Below are positions 27,501 to 40,100 of a DNA stretch of 64,000 bases, piece by piece. The stretch covers positions 11,780,001 to 11,844,000 of the forward strand of contig OZ316775.1 in NCBI GenBank assembly GCA_973851085.1. The letters run 5' to 3'. Position 1 is the stretch's first letter. The number at the start of each line of letters is the position of its first letter. A program made the position numbers and the translations under genes. The notes below the pieces were generated by a model. The model ran no database searches. It worked only from the letters and a program-made list of their open reading frames with translations, and was not told the origin of the DNA. This DNA comes from Ptychomitrium polyphyllum (taxonomy: Eukaryota).

Positions 27501-30500
27501 GGGGGACCTTTGCTCTATGTTTTGGAGTATGTTTGATGTACAATACTAGTAGTCTATCACAAGTTGCTAGTGTTTATTGAGGACTTTTTGATATAGGAAC
27601 AATACGAAATGGATGACAGCCTTGCATTGCGAAACCTTGCACTGCTCTTTGCCAACCTGTACTCCTTCAATCTCATTCCTAGGTAACGGTTGGAAGCATT
27701 CATAATTGTTCCTTGAATCCTTAAAAAATACTGGTCAATCTATCCGTAGAACATGTGGAGTGTGAATCGTTTTAAGTGTTGTCTCGTGGGCTTTTGGTTT
27801 CCGGAATTTTGTGTCTGAACGTTTTAGAGGAAGAACGACAGAAGCAAGTCAAATTTTTGTAAATCTTTGAAGTTTTGAAATTGCAAGGAAAAACTAGCTG
27901 AAACTCTGTAGTTACTTATTTGGAGTAAAAATGGCCTCAAAATTTGTGTGTGGAACGGTCGAACAGCGAACTGGTGTATGAGGTGCTAGGCATGCTGTGC
28001 AAACGATTTAAGGAGCTTGATGTTGCAACTATTCTGACCCTCTTACAATGTGAGAATTTTGTCTTTCCTTCTGCATAAGTGATCTGTTTTCAACATGTTT
28101 TTGTTCATTCTGCCAGTGTGCGCATATCTGTATATAAAACTCCTTATTTCTGGAGTTCAGAGTACAGGTAGATGCATTTAGTACAAGGACAGTCTTCTCT
28201 CTTTTTATTTGTTACTATAGGATGTCAGTTCCTTGTTATAGATATCTTCGTTTCCCGTCGTTATGGTTTGCCTCTTGATGCAGTTTCCGTCTTCGTTGTA
28301 TGATACCTTAGTATTGCAACGTGCAGCATGTGGAATGGGTTTGAGAGCTGCAGACCCAGCTTCTATGAAAGAATTTGTTGTTGCTGTTCAGCAGCGCACC
28401 GCTGCGCTGAAAGCTTCTCTCTCTGGCAAAAACAATGGGAAGCCTGTGGACCTCGGTAAAAGGGTAGGCTTGATTTCGCTTGTGATTGGTTTGCCACTGA
28501 TATATAAATATCTTGTTATGGATAGCAGTCGCGTTAGTCATGTCCTTTGGTTTACTGTTTATCCTATTGCCAGTCCTCGGATTATCTGAAGTTTTATATT
28601 CTTTCATCTGTAGTTCTTAGTTTGTCTACATCAAAATATTGTTCTTGTACCAAATTGTTGACTTCCTCAGCTGCTTAACCTATCTTTGAATACTCTCGTG
28701 GCATTTTCAGTCTTTGCATTGCCTGCTTTATGAGCTTACAAGATGTAGTGCGATTCTGTGGTAGATTCTTTTGTGTAGTGCTTTCGAAATTCTGCAGTGC
28801 AGAAGTTCACTTAATTTTTTGTGTATGATAATGCTGTGTTGAGCAGGTTCAGTTCATGTTAGATATGATATGTGATATCAAGAACAATAAGCGGCGGACC
28901 AAAGAAGATCCTGCTCATCACATGCGCCTCAAGAAATGGCTCCAGAAAGTAAGTGGCGTTTGTAGAACTTTTGGATATTACAGCCATTTTAGTAATACTA
29001 TCTTAAGAACATGATCGACATTTCCTCATAGATATTTCATAGCATTTAATTTGCAGAATATCTTACTGCAGCATATTTTTTCCCAAGTAATCCGGATGTA
29101 TCTGAGGGTGTTCATTCATCACAGTGCAATTGAGGTGTTCTTGAATTGTATAGGAGCTTAGTTTCTCTCACTATCTCTCTTTATGAATGCTTTGCTGAAA
29201 ACATTACATCTCTAGCCTTCTATGTCTGTTAATTGTGCTGCTTGCATTTGTATTTTGAGGACAAAAGTGTTGACCAGGGTTTTTTTTGTGTGATTTTTTA
29301 GCTTGGAGTGGAGGATGTCCAATTACGGTCTGTGACATGGGAAAAGCTATTGGACTCGGAGAAGAAGGGCCAGTGGTGGCTACCAGGAACACCAAGTGGA
29401 GGGGAGAATTTGGCTGGCACAAAGGCAGAATTAGCTGGGTATTTAGATGGAGGGGCTGCTGAAGTACACAAAATGCTTGAGCTTGCGGCTTCTCAAAGGA
29501 TGAACACTGATGCACGGCGAGCATTGTTTTGCATTGTTATGAGCGCTGAGGATTGCACGGATGCATTTGAGAAGATTTTGCGTTTGAAGCTACCTGGGAA
29601 GCAAGTAAGATATGAATTTTTTTCACCTCTACAAATTCTGGAAAATCACCGCCGATCTTATGTTTTATGTTGTTGTCGTTGTTCAAACATAGGGAGATCA
29701 ATAGAGATGTGGAATTTGTTGCAAACCACTTCTCATGATAGCCTGGATTATCCTCATTTGGAAACAGATATATTTACTGATATTACTTTTCTGGTGTAGG
29801 ACCGAGAGGTGGTGCGAGTTATTGTAGAATGCTGTATGCAGGAGTTGCGGTACAACCCGTACTATGCTGAAATTTTAAAGAAACTTTGCAATCATGATAA
29901 AAATCATAAGTTTTCGTTTCAGGTAAAGCTTCGATCCGCCTTTCAGTTAATGGAAGGTGCGCTTTATAGTTTTCTTAGTTTTTTTAGTTTTTTTATTTTT
30001 TAGAGTTCTACTTCATTTTATTATTTAAAAAATCTATTCTGACAATTTTGTATCGTCACTGACTATATAATTTTTACCTTCATGCAGTATTGCCTTTGGG
30101 ATCACCTCAAGCAGCTGGAAACTATGGATATACGACGAAGCACGAATCTTGCTCGCTTGACTGCTTCGCTAATCGGCGAATTCTCTGTTTCATTATCGGT
30201 TTTGAAGGTTATTGATTTTCTTGACATTCAAAGGCTCACCCCAAAGGTTCTCTTACATTGTCGTATCATGTTTGAGTACTTACTGAGTAAGTTTGGCAAC
30301 GACGTTCTGTGGAGCGTTTTTTCACGTATTGCAAGCACAGCTGAGTTGGCTGGCCTTAGGGATGGAATGTCACTTTACCTCAACCAACGTTTTCCAAAAC
30401 AAGTGAAGAAATCAGAAGACGGCGATTTATTAGTCACGAGATGTAAGCTTGCCAGAAAAGCTCTGGCCAATGTTACTAATTTGCCTTATGGAAGTCAGAA

Positions 30501-30504
30501 GTAG
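24512..30504 (+). CDS. NOM1: Nucleolar MIF4G + MA3 domain protein (NOM1/Sgd1-like), about 12 exons: 24512-24557, 25153-26064, ~26306-26373, ~26732-26815, ~27164-27263, ~27597-27682, ~27967-28049, ~28327-28463, ~28848-28948, ~29303-29604, 29800-29922, ~30088-30504
   Basis: Motifs KYVPPHLR, GLLNRLSEANVESI, RVQFMLDMICDIKNNK, KGQWWL, LAASQRMNTDARRALFCIVMSAEDCTDAFEKILRL and FSFQYCLWD. GT-AG introns; phase checked for the first and last exons, inner coordinates approximate. Confidence 0.92.
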
Positions 30505-33500
30505 AGAGTCGTGATCACATCAAGTACTTAACAAGTACAAATAGTTTTGAATGTGAGGAGTGCGGATTGTAAATATTTACAGAGCCGTAAGAATAATTGC
30601 TGGCTTGTTCCGCTGCACAATGCAGCATTGAGAAATTTTTCCCTTACAGATTGTAAATGCATGACCCACATGGAGCTGATGCTTACATGTGGTCTTACAA
30701 TGCAAATGTGTCCTTTGCTATCTTGCAACTTTCAACTAAACTTGTTCGGAGAGCCACTTGGATACCTTCCTGGAGATATCCTCCTAAAAGTAACATCTAG
30801 TTCCTTACAACGGATTGGTGAAGAAAACGAGCTATGTGCCGTTACTACAGAAGACAATATGGAGCATACTGTGACATCCACTTCGTATCACCAACGTGAG
30901 GTTCTTGGTTTTCTTCTTCTGGGCGAATCGATTGGATAGATTAGTGGCTGTTCTCAGAGCCGAAGTAAGCCAAAATGACAACTTCATAGTCCGGGGAGTT
31001 TGGGATTTTCTTCAGTGAAGTGGATCTGGGTGGAGGAACAATCTGCTTACTTTTCCAGCAATGTAGAACATGCCGGCTTTGGTATTAAGTTTAGCACCTC
31101 TGTGATGAGGCTCTCCAATGAGTTGAATTTGTTTAATAGTCATTGGAACAATTAGTGTTCCAAGTTAAGGAAAGATGAAATTACAAAAGTATACCATTTC
31201 TGGAGAAATAATAGAACGTTCTTTAATTATCCATGAGGATGCCCTCTTCCAAAGATAATTTCATCATCTAAAGATACAACTCCATTGTCAAAACCTTATT
31301 AAATCCAAATTTGAAGTAATTTTCGTGATGAGTTATCAAACTAAATTCATGCATTCATCTTCACATGCTTTCATTATTAAGTTTCTTTAACTTCCCACTT
31401 TTCAAGTCAAAAATGGGTTGCTTCAACTACTAAGAATGTTATGAACACTCTAAAGGAAGACATTGGTGGAGAATTATTACTATTTGTAAGATAGAATGAT
31501 AGGGTGGATTTTGTTTGTTAGTAATATGAATTATACAACATATAGACTATCCATAGGATCATTATCAAAAAAAATTATGACATATAAATAAAATAAGGCT
31601 ATAAAAAATATGTAAGAGGATTTCTCTTTTTTCTAAAACTAAAATAAAATATTGTAAAAATGATCTAAGAACTTTTTTAAAGTAATATTGTATGGTTTCA
31701 AGATTGCTACAATTATTGGATGAAAAATTTATCATTTTATGTTCAATATGGTGGATGGACTTTGGATGGCAAGATTTGAAAGAGCATGAGAGAAAAATGC
31801 TAGCCTTGTATTTAGAATTTATATTTTCTTCAATGGCTTCAATATAGGGCTCAAGCTAGAGACATGCACTACACACATTTTCTTGCAAAGTTTCTTTATA
31901 TTGGACCTACAATTGTTTCTATAATTTAAATTAATTGCATTGTCTTCATCCAAGTTAAAAATATTCTATGTTCTCTTTAAAGGCATGTTTACTACATACT
32001 TGTAGAGTAGATTTGCAAGGATCTAGGTTCCTTGTTACTAATAAAGTTTGGATTCTACCAACTTTGACTTTGTTGTTTATACTTTGTGTGGATAGACAAT
32101 GGAATGCTCTAATTATGGTTTAGAAGCAAGTCAATTTTGTATGTCAAGTTGTTAATTTTGAAATTTGAATAATATAAATTTTTATCATATGTTTGGCTTA
32201 TCATAATTTATATGATATGTTAGTTTTTGAAATTGTCGAGATCTCATAGCAGTATCTAAATAGTTTAATTACCAATATGATTGTAATTTTAAATAGCTTT
32301 TTTTTTCTTTATAGGACAAGTTGTACTTTAATAGTAATATTCTTCTTTCTTTTGACTTTGTAATTTAGTACTCTTTTTTTATTGGTTGCATAATATTGTT
32401 TATATTGCTACAAGTAGGTTTAGAAATGTATTACACTTGTTTCAATATATGAATGGTGTAGATTGGATTCTTGATGTATTAGAATTCCTTATTGTTCCGC
32501 ACTATGGTAAAAAATGTATCCAAAGCTATATCACATTTGATCAAAATCCAACTCTTTACATCATTACATTATTACAATTCCAAGGCATAAAGGAATTCAA
32601 TATTCCTTAATTAAATACCAAAACGTTTCTCTCCAAATTAAAAAAGGTCAATTTTTTAAATTTTGTAACAATTTTTTAATTACATATAGAATAGAAAATA
32701 AATTGATAAAACTATAATTAATTCTACTAATAGGTTGAAAAATAATTCCTAAACTTAGGTAAATATCTCTTGTTAAATACCCATTTGTTGTAAGAAAATA
32801 GTAAATATATTAGGTAGTGCCTTCTACAAGCAATTACTAGTGCATAACACGCTTTTTGTAGCATGATCATGCACTACGCACTACTACCTATAGGCCACAT
32901 ACTAAACCAAACAAACGTTCAACAAGTTTGGCACTTGAAATAATGTGAAGTACTGCTCCATTCATTACCATAGAGCACTTGTGAAAGCCTAACAAATACA
33001 GGCTTTGGACACTGTCAGTGGTACATGCAGGATATGCAATCAAAGCGTTACAAAACTATTTTCATAAGTGTACACTAGGTTAGCATGCATGGAGATATGC
33101 AATGTCCATGTTGAATCAGTATCTCAAAATGCCAACCAAAAGCAAACTGTGGGACATCTTCACTTGGCAACAAGGCCTAATGGACTTGTCCTTCCCTACT
33201 TAGTTGGCAAGCACCCACCTTTGCTTTATATTCTGTAAAAGCACAATGTGGTAGATTTGCAAGCACCTTGACAACTTTCACAAGCAGCTCCTCAATCTTC
33301 CAAAGCAAACCTTGGATTCAACAAATATGAAGCAGGGCCTCTAGAAAGCAATCTCAACCGTGTTTCAGCTTGCCTGGCATTGGGTACTTTGGTGCACAAA
33401 GATGTACTTGGACCACCTGCTAGTTGGAAAAATTCAACTTGGTGTGGTGCCAATCCCCACTAATTTCCAAGCTTGACAAAATGAGGGTCACTTGGTAGTC

Positions 33501-33750
33501 TCATTGCCTTCAAACGTTACCTTTTACCTTTTCGTTGTGTAAAGCAATTTTTCTGGCTCACAACATGGTAACGATATATTGGCTTGTGTCTCTAAAATGA
33601 ATAAGTTTGAAAAATGAAAAGAAAAAAGATATTGATCTAGATGCAGGGTCGTCCAGGTAAAGAATGTTATGCGAGGGCCACAAGGCTTGAGAAGGGTTAC
33701 ACTGTAATTTCTTCACAGGGAGCCATCATTACCGTGGGAGCCACCGCTCA

Positions 33751-33813
33751 TTCGTCCGTCCGTCCGTCCGTTCATTCGGCCGCTCGCCCACCCATTCGTC
33801 CGTCCGTCCGTCC
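33751..33813. repeat. (CCGT)n microsatellite blocks upstream of the uL4 gene
   Basis: Two runs of gtccgtccgtcc read directly. Confidence 0.8.
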
Positions 33814-33882
33814 ATGAAGTCAACGGAAACAGAGTGAGAGAGAATGACAAGAGCAGCGAGCGAGAGGGAAAGAGAGAGCGCG

Positions 33883-36800
33883 ATGGCGGCCACGGCGCGC
33901 GCCCTCTGGGCTTCCGCTCGCTCTACCGCTACTGTACGCCATCGTCTCCGCAATCACTTCTCACTAACACACATGCACACTGCAATTACGTTTTCTCCGA
34001 AGTTGAATTCGGGTTCTTTTTGCTCTATTTCGTGGTGCCCTTCTGCAGGATTTAAGGCGGTTTTAGGGTTTAAGGACTCAGGAAGTGCGTGATGTGCACC
34101 TTGTTCAGTGCGTCCTAGGTTTCTCTTTCTGTTGCTATGGACTCTCCAAAACTAAATCTCACTCTGAGAATGCATCTTTGTTATTCAATCCGGATCCTCC
34201 TTTGCCTTTCTGCAGGGTTTAAGGCAGTTTAGGGTTTAAGAGTGAGTGATGTGCATCTGGTTTTCTTCTTCGTAGGTTTCTTCTTCTCTTGTGATGGATT
34301 TAGGCAATGTAAGTCAGGGCTTAAGGTAATTTAGGGCGGATTTGGGGCAACCTTGTGATGGATTTAAATTAGGGTTGGAGGGTTGGGGGAGTGAGTGATG
34401 TTCGCCTGGTTCAGTTCGTCACAGGTTTCTTTCTCTGGTGTGGTGGATTTTGTTTCCAATGTTTTGTTTCGATCCGCACTCATCGCTTGGTTTTATGAAT
34501 GCAGGAGAATTGTGCCTACCAGGGAAGTCTCCTGCGATCCTGGCTCTGTGGGCAGCAGGCTGGGCACGCCACCGCGTCCACCGTGGCTGTGAAGCACTTT
34601 TTCCCCTCTACTCAAGGTGGGTTTTCTCATGCACTAGTTTCTAGGTTCGCAAAAGTGGATGTTTTGGAGCCTCTAAGGTTCTTGCCGAACGACTTTCTTA
34701 GCTGATGTGGTTGAAGCGAAATGGCAAGATTTAGATAGTTTGGGTTTTGGAAGTGAGAGAGTAATTTTCTGTGAATATTGGCTTGTGGATTGGTTGCGTA
34801 CGGGAGAATGTGTAGGTCAAGAGTTGTAGACGGGTGTTTTTCTGGGTGCAGACGTTTGAAAGTGGCAACTATTGGAAGTGGTTTGTCACTGCACAAAAGC
34901 TTAGGAATTAGGAAGCTTATGATGCGCTGGAGAATTCGTTCGGGCTAGGGATTACATGGCACTCTTTCGGTTTCAGATGAATAAAATGTCAAGAGCAAAG
35001 CCTCTGACCACTGTTTGCAGTCTTTGCGATTGTACTGAAAATATCCGGGTGGAAATTTACCCTGATAGCCCGGATGTTAAGCGGCAAACACACTAAGTAT
35101 ACTACCGGGAATGCCCGGAGTAGTATGTGTTTACACTGTGTTACCGGCTAGTGCGTCTGTTACTCAAGCGGGAGATGCCATAGTAGCTCTGGAGCGCCTC
35201 ATAAAATTCCGGAGAATGGTGTATTCGATGCGAGGAAATGCTTGTAATTTCTGATGTGAACGCGTACTTTCTACAAACGCACATACTAGGGTTTGTGGAA
35301 TATATGTGCCAGGTTTATGGTATCTGAAAATCCGGTGCTTCGGAGCCATGTGAAACATTGCATGTGAGTCCTGTCCGTGGAATTCTTTTGGAGGTAGTTC
35401 TCTTGCTTTGCTTTCCTACAAGCTTGCTGAAGGATATTGTGAATGTTCAGGGCAACTGAACGATGTGGAGGTTAAGGTGACTAATTTTACGAAAGAGGAC
35501 AAAGGTCTTGCAACGTTGGCTGGTGATGTGTTTGACGTGCCCATTCGACCGGACATTGTTCACCGGGTCGTTCGCTGGCAACTTGCAAAGAGACGGCAGG
35601 TAAGAGAAAGAAGCATTGAATGTTAGATGAAGGCTCTGGCCAGGTTTAGTGTTTAAGGTTTAAGGCTTCAACCTGTTATTGTTGTAGGCTCCTTTACTTG
35701 AAGTCAAATCTTGCAGGGATTTGAAGTGGCGGCTTTTATTAATGAGTTTGTGTAAATATATCGAAGGTCTGTGGATGGGTTGATGATCATTACCTACCTG
35801 TACTTGTATTGGCAGGGAAATGCTTCAACCAAGGGTATTCACGAAGTTAGTGGTACTGGAAGAAAGCCTGGCCCACAAAAGGGAAGCGGTAGAGCTCGAC
35901 ATGGGTCTCTACGAGGTCCACAGGTTTAGTAACTAATTCTACTATTGACAGAAGCTTCGATTAAGTAGGAAGATGTGTTCGTTCGTTGTCAGTCGATCAC
36001 ATTTGCTTCTTGTAAACACACATTATTCTTTTCGGTTCCATGCTCGCCCGTATGGATTGGTTTGTTTTTCATGCGTTTTGAATCCTTTCTAGTATACAAG
36101 CATTGTTCACTGTTGTGAGTTTTGGCTTGCGTAGTTTCGAGGAGGAGCCACACAGCATGGTCCAAAGCCACGGAGCCATGAGATAGGTTTGCAGAAGCAA
36201 GTGCGGCGACTTGGCCTCAAAGTAGCCCTTTCGTCACGTGTTGCTGAGGGCAAGGTATGATCAAGTATTTTTATATGTAAAAATTACAACATCTAGGTTG
36301 ACTGTATATATGGCTAGGGTCCTTACTGTGGCTTGTAGTTTTTTTTCTGGTAGTTGATATATATGTTACTCATACGAGTACTTCGTTCGATTTTCAACTT
36401 AGATGTTCAATGATGACACCTTCAATGATGGTTCAAAGTGCAGTCCTTAACTGTTCTTAGTTCATGTTGGTGTCATTACTAAGAGTCAGATGTTGAGATG
36501 TTGCATTCTTGGAACAATAAAGCATCCCTTAGTACTTTAACAGTGACTATCTTTTTCTTTATTCTAGTGATGATCATTCTTGCTTCCATCGTATCCTTGC
36601 GATATAGTAGTGTTCTAGCAGGAGTGTTGCGTTGTTCTGCTGTTATGTTGACACGAGATTTATTTAAGATCTATTATCTGTCTTCCATTCGCACAGTTGA
36701 AGGTGTTTGATACCGTAGAGCCACCTACACTAAAAACAAGGGAGATGGAGCGCTTAATTGGTGAAATAGATGGTTGCAAGAAGGTGCTTTTTGTTGATGA

Positions 36801-37191
36801 CGCTGAAACAGTCAACGAGCCATTGTGCCGGGCCACAGGCAACTTACACTATATTAATGTGATACCTGCTAAGGTAACAATTCTGTGGCCGCTTCTGGAG
36901 ATGTTCTTCAGTTACATTAGCATCATGACAGGGATGTGACCTTCGAACTTGGTACGAAATGATTTTAGGGGTAGATTCTTTGCTTTGTGTAATACGGTGC
37001 ATAAGCCTACTTGAATGTAATGTGCGTTGGATAGTTCCATAGGGTTTTGGTGAATAATATTGTTTGTCTTTCTTTTGTTTATTATGCAGGGCCTAAATGT
37101 TTACAGCATTTTGCAACATGATACTCTGGTGATGACTCTGGGGGCGGTTCGAAAAATTGAAGAGCGTCTTCACACACCCATTAATAGATAG
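33883..37191 (+). CDS. RPL4: Mitochondrial large-subunit ribosomal protein uL4; exons 33883-33933, 34505-34616, 35451-35599, 35816-35923, 36135-36254, 36697-36873, 37090-37191
   Basis: [56 protein letters not shown] and C-terminus [15 protein letters not shown]...ERLHTPINR*. The Ala/Arg/Ser-rich N-terminus [17 protein letters not shown] resembles a mitochondrial presequence. Splice phases are consistent. Confidence 0.92.
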
Positions 37192-40100
37192 ATTACCAGC
37201 CTGGCACTGGTTGTTAGTTCATGCTTATCGTTTTTGCATCGAAGATTGAGATTCAGGGACTGGCATCGTGGCTTTCGTGCATGTTTCAGGCAAATTGAGA
37301 CTCACATGTACGTTTGAAGCGAAATCAAGAGATACTCTTGTATACTTCATTCTGGTTCGATGATTCTGGACCTCTCGGGGGATGTGCTCCGATACAAATG
37401 TACGACTTTCCGCACATGGAACTCCAGGCTGCGAGCTTATTCATCAAAATCGTTCTCTGCCTTCATCCTCTGGACGGGCTCTCAGCTCATTGTCTCCAAG
37501 CTCATCGTTTTTATTTTGAAGCGTAGGCTGAGAAGTAGATGCGGTGTAAGCTGCAACCCGGACTGTTGATACGTGTGTAGAGAGTCAAACATCTATCTGG
37601 CATACTGACAAGCTCTAAGATATTGTCCTGGCAAGGGGGAAGTGTAGATTCAGATAGCAGTGTCTTCTCTTTTATGTTATGCCCTAGAACTATGAACACA
37701 GGACCACCACATGGAATATCTGAGATTTGTGAGCAATTCAGCGAATTCAGTTTTACATCATGGGATTTGTTTACTGCTAAAACTCTGATGCGTGCTAATC
37801 ATGATTCATGTGTGCTTAAAAGGAATTTTAGTGATCATGACCCAGGTAAAATTGTCAATCTTTGATGTGGCTCATGATGAATTTGGCAGAAGGTTGAGCT
37901 AAAATCCAATGATCGTTTCAGCAAAAGCGACCACGCTGGGCATCGATAAAGATTCTAGAATATTGTGATGTTACCTAATATACCTTACTTTCTCTACTTG
38001 TTTTCCCCCATATTTCTCTATTTTTTCTTGACTTATTTCTCACTGCATTTTTAATTTTTTCTCTTTGCAAAATAGAAAATCAGGACCATTACAGTAATAA
38101 ACTTATACACAGTGAGATATTCAAAACATGGAATTTGTTGTATGTTGTTAGTAGTACATCTACATTATTTATTTCTTACATCAATTTTATATAAAAATCA
38201 TATAAACCCTAAAATTTATACAAGAAAATTAAATCTTTGTATGGTATTTTTTATTATGCATTAATCAAGAGTAATCCACATTTTTTATATAAATTTCATT
38301 TTTATATGGATTCTTCATATTCAAAACGGGTTTTGTAAAGACCATCCACCTGCTACACTTTAAATATAAAGAAGTGGTTAGATTTCCATGCAATCAATGG
38401 AATCCACCTATAAACCATATTTTATAGATTCTTTTATAATCTAAAAGTTCTTTTTCAAACATTTACATTTTAACGGTTCTATTATTTTTTATAAGTGATA
38501 TGAAGTAGAAGTCAATGAAGACATTTGTCCATAAAGCACTATACAAGTAAGAATCCAATGCATTCTCATGGTATAATTGATACAACCTTTTGTTAAACAA
38601 TAGGCCTTATTTATGAAGTACTTGTGAATTCTAATTCACTATTTTTTGTAATGATGTTTTTCCAACCCTCTAGAAAATAATGAGTGGATGATTCTTTAAT
38701 TAATTTTTGGTTTTGATCATATATCATTGAATCAAAAATTTATATAAGTGATGTTTAAAACATTGTAGTGTTTTCAATAAAATACATCAATAAGAATTAA
38801 AACACACAGATGTTTTAATAGAATGTTTTTATCAACCCTTGTTTCGGATAAAGGTACTCCAAGCTTTTGTTCAAAAATCTACATATTTCGCAACAACTTT
38901 GAAATGCATTGTTCACCGTAAAATTGGAAAAATCTACAAGGAATCTAAAAGCCGTTCAATGAATCCGAGTCACCATGACGGGCAGCCTACTTTGACAGTG
39001 ATCTGGAGGAAGAGATAAGGAAGGGAAATTTATTTTTCTAAAACAATTAATTCACAATAACTAATGGAGTCACATGTCAAAAAGGCATGCAGTGGACACG
39101 TCGTCACCTGAAGAGCCCTTTGGTTACGGGTAGTCCCCTTAAGTTGGCTTATCTTTCAAGGTTTCAACCTTTCCTCCAGTATTCCTGCACTTCAAAATAA
39201 ACGTCAACACTATACTGCACCATGCGGTGCACTGTGCAAATCAATAATGTTTGTTACTAAAAAAACTCATACAGCATAAATAAGCTTCCAGTGTTCAACT
39301 GGACTACTGACACATCAGCATCAGTGTGTTCTATTCCTGCAGAACTAGCTTCTCTTAGAAGAACTTGTACAAACTGAAGCCCTTAGAGCAGGGCAAATAC
39401 ACCAAACTGTCAAAGGGCGTATTTTTTGTTTCTTGGAACCAGTACTATAAACATGACCATTGGAAGTTCACGCAAAGTAGGATCTTAATTATACATTTCA
39501 ACATTAGACAACAAGAAGTTCATGGGAGACCGAGTGTGAACCCAAATTCCCCATTCTTCTAGTTTTGTGGATAAGAAAGTCTTCAAATACATGCGAACTG
39601 TGATGAATATCATCCACCAAGAGAGACTTCCATGACATGAACAACTGAGGAGAGACATTTGGCACTCTCTGTTCTTAAAATGGCAAACTGGAATCCGGAA
39701 AAGTAATAGACCAATCATCCATGATACAGTTTAGATTCAAAGGATGGAATTTAACTGTCTGGACTGTTTACAGAATGTTATCTATGTATGCTGACTCATC
39801 CACAAACAGGCCAATCCACAATGCACTGAGCACAGTGCATGATGACAGTCACATATGATCCTTTCTTTCTGCAACTGCTGTAACTTAATTTACCATCGTG
39901 AATGAGAATTCTTCCACGATAACATCTCTAGCCTCTCATCCAGAGTAGCACACTTTCAGCATGTCCTGCAGTTTACTTTGCCAAGCATACATGGGCAACC
40001 TAATTCTCAAATAGAAGCCTTATCTGAAGGCTTATATGCACATGAATATAATACATGATAAACAATGGCATGTCAGCATTGTAGTGAGAAGCCTTGTAGA

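Noticed and set aside
34919..35007. ATGATG...CTGA pair in uL4 intron 2 as a C/D snoRNA
   Set aside because: Imperfect C box, no terminal stem and no rRNA complement adjacent to a D or D' box.
35164..35358. Minus ORF across the duplicated element (a similar ORF exists in the 24.1-kb copy); telomerase-RNA template idea for AAACCCTA
   Set aside because: Differences between the copies are mostly non-synonymous. No USE/TATA promoter or other telomerase RNA hallmarks are visible, and a telo-box is the simpler explanation.
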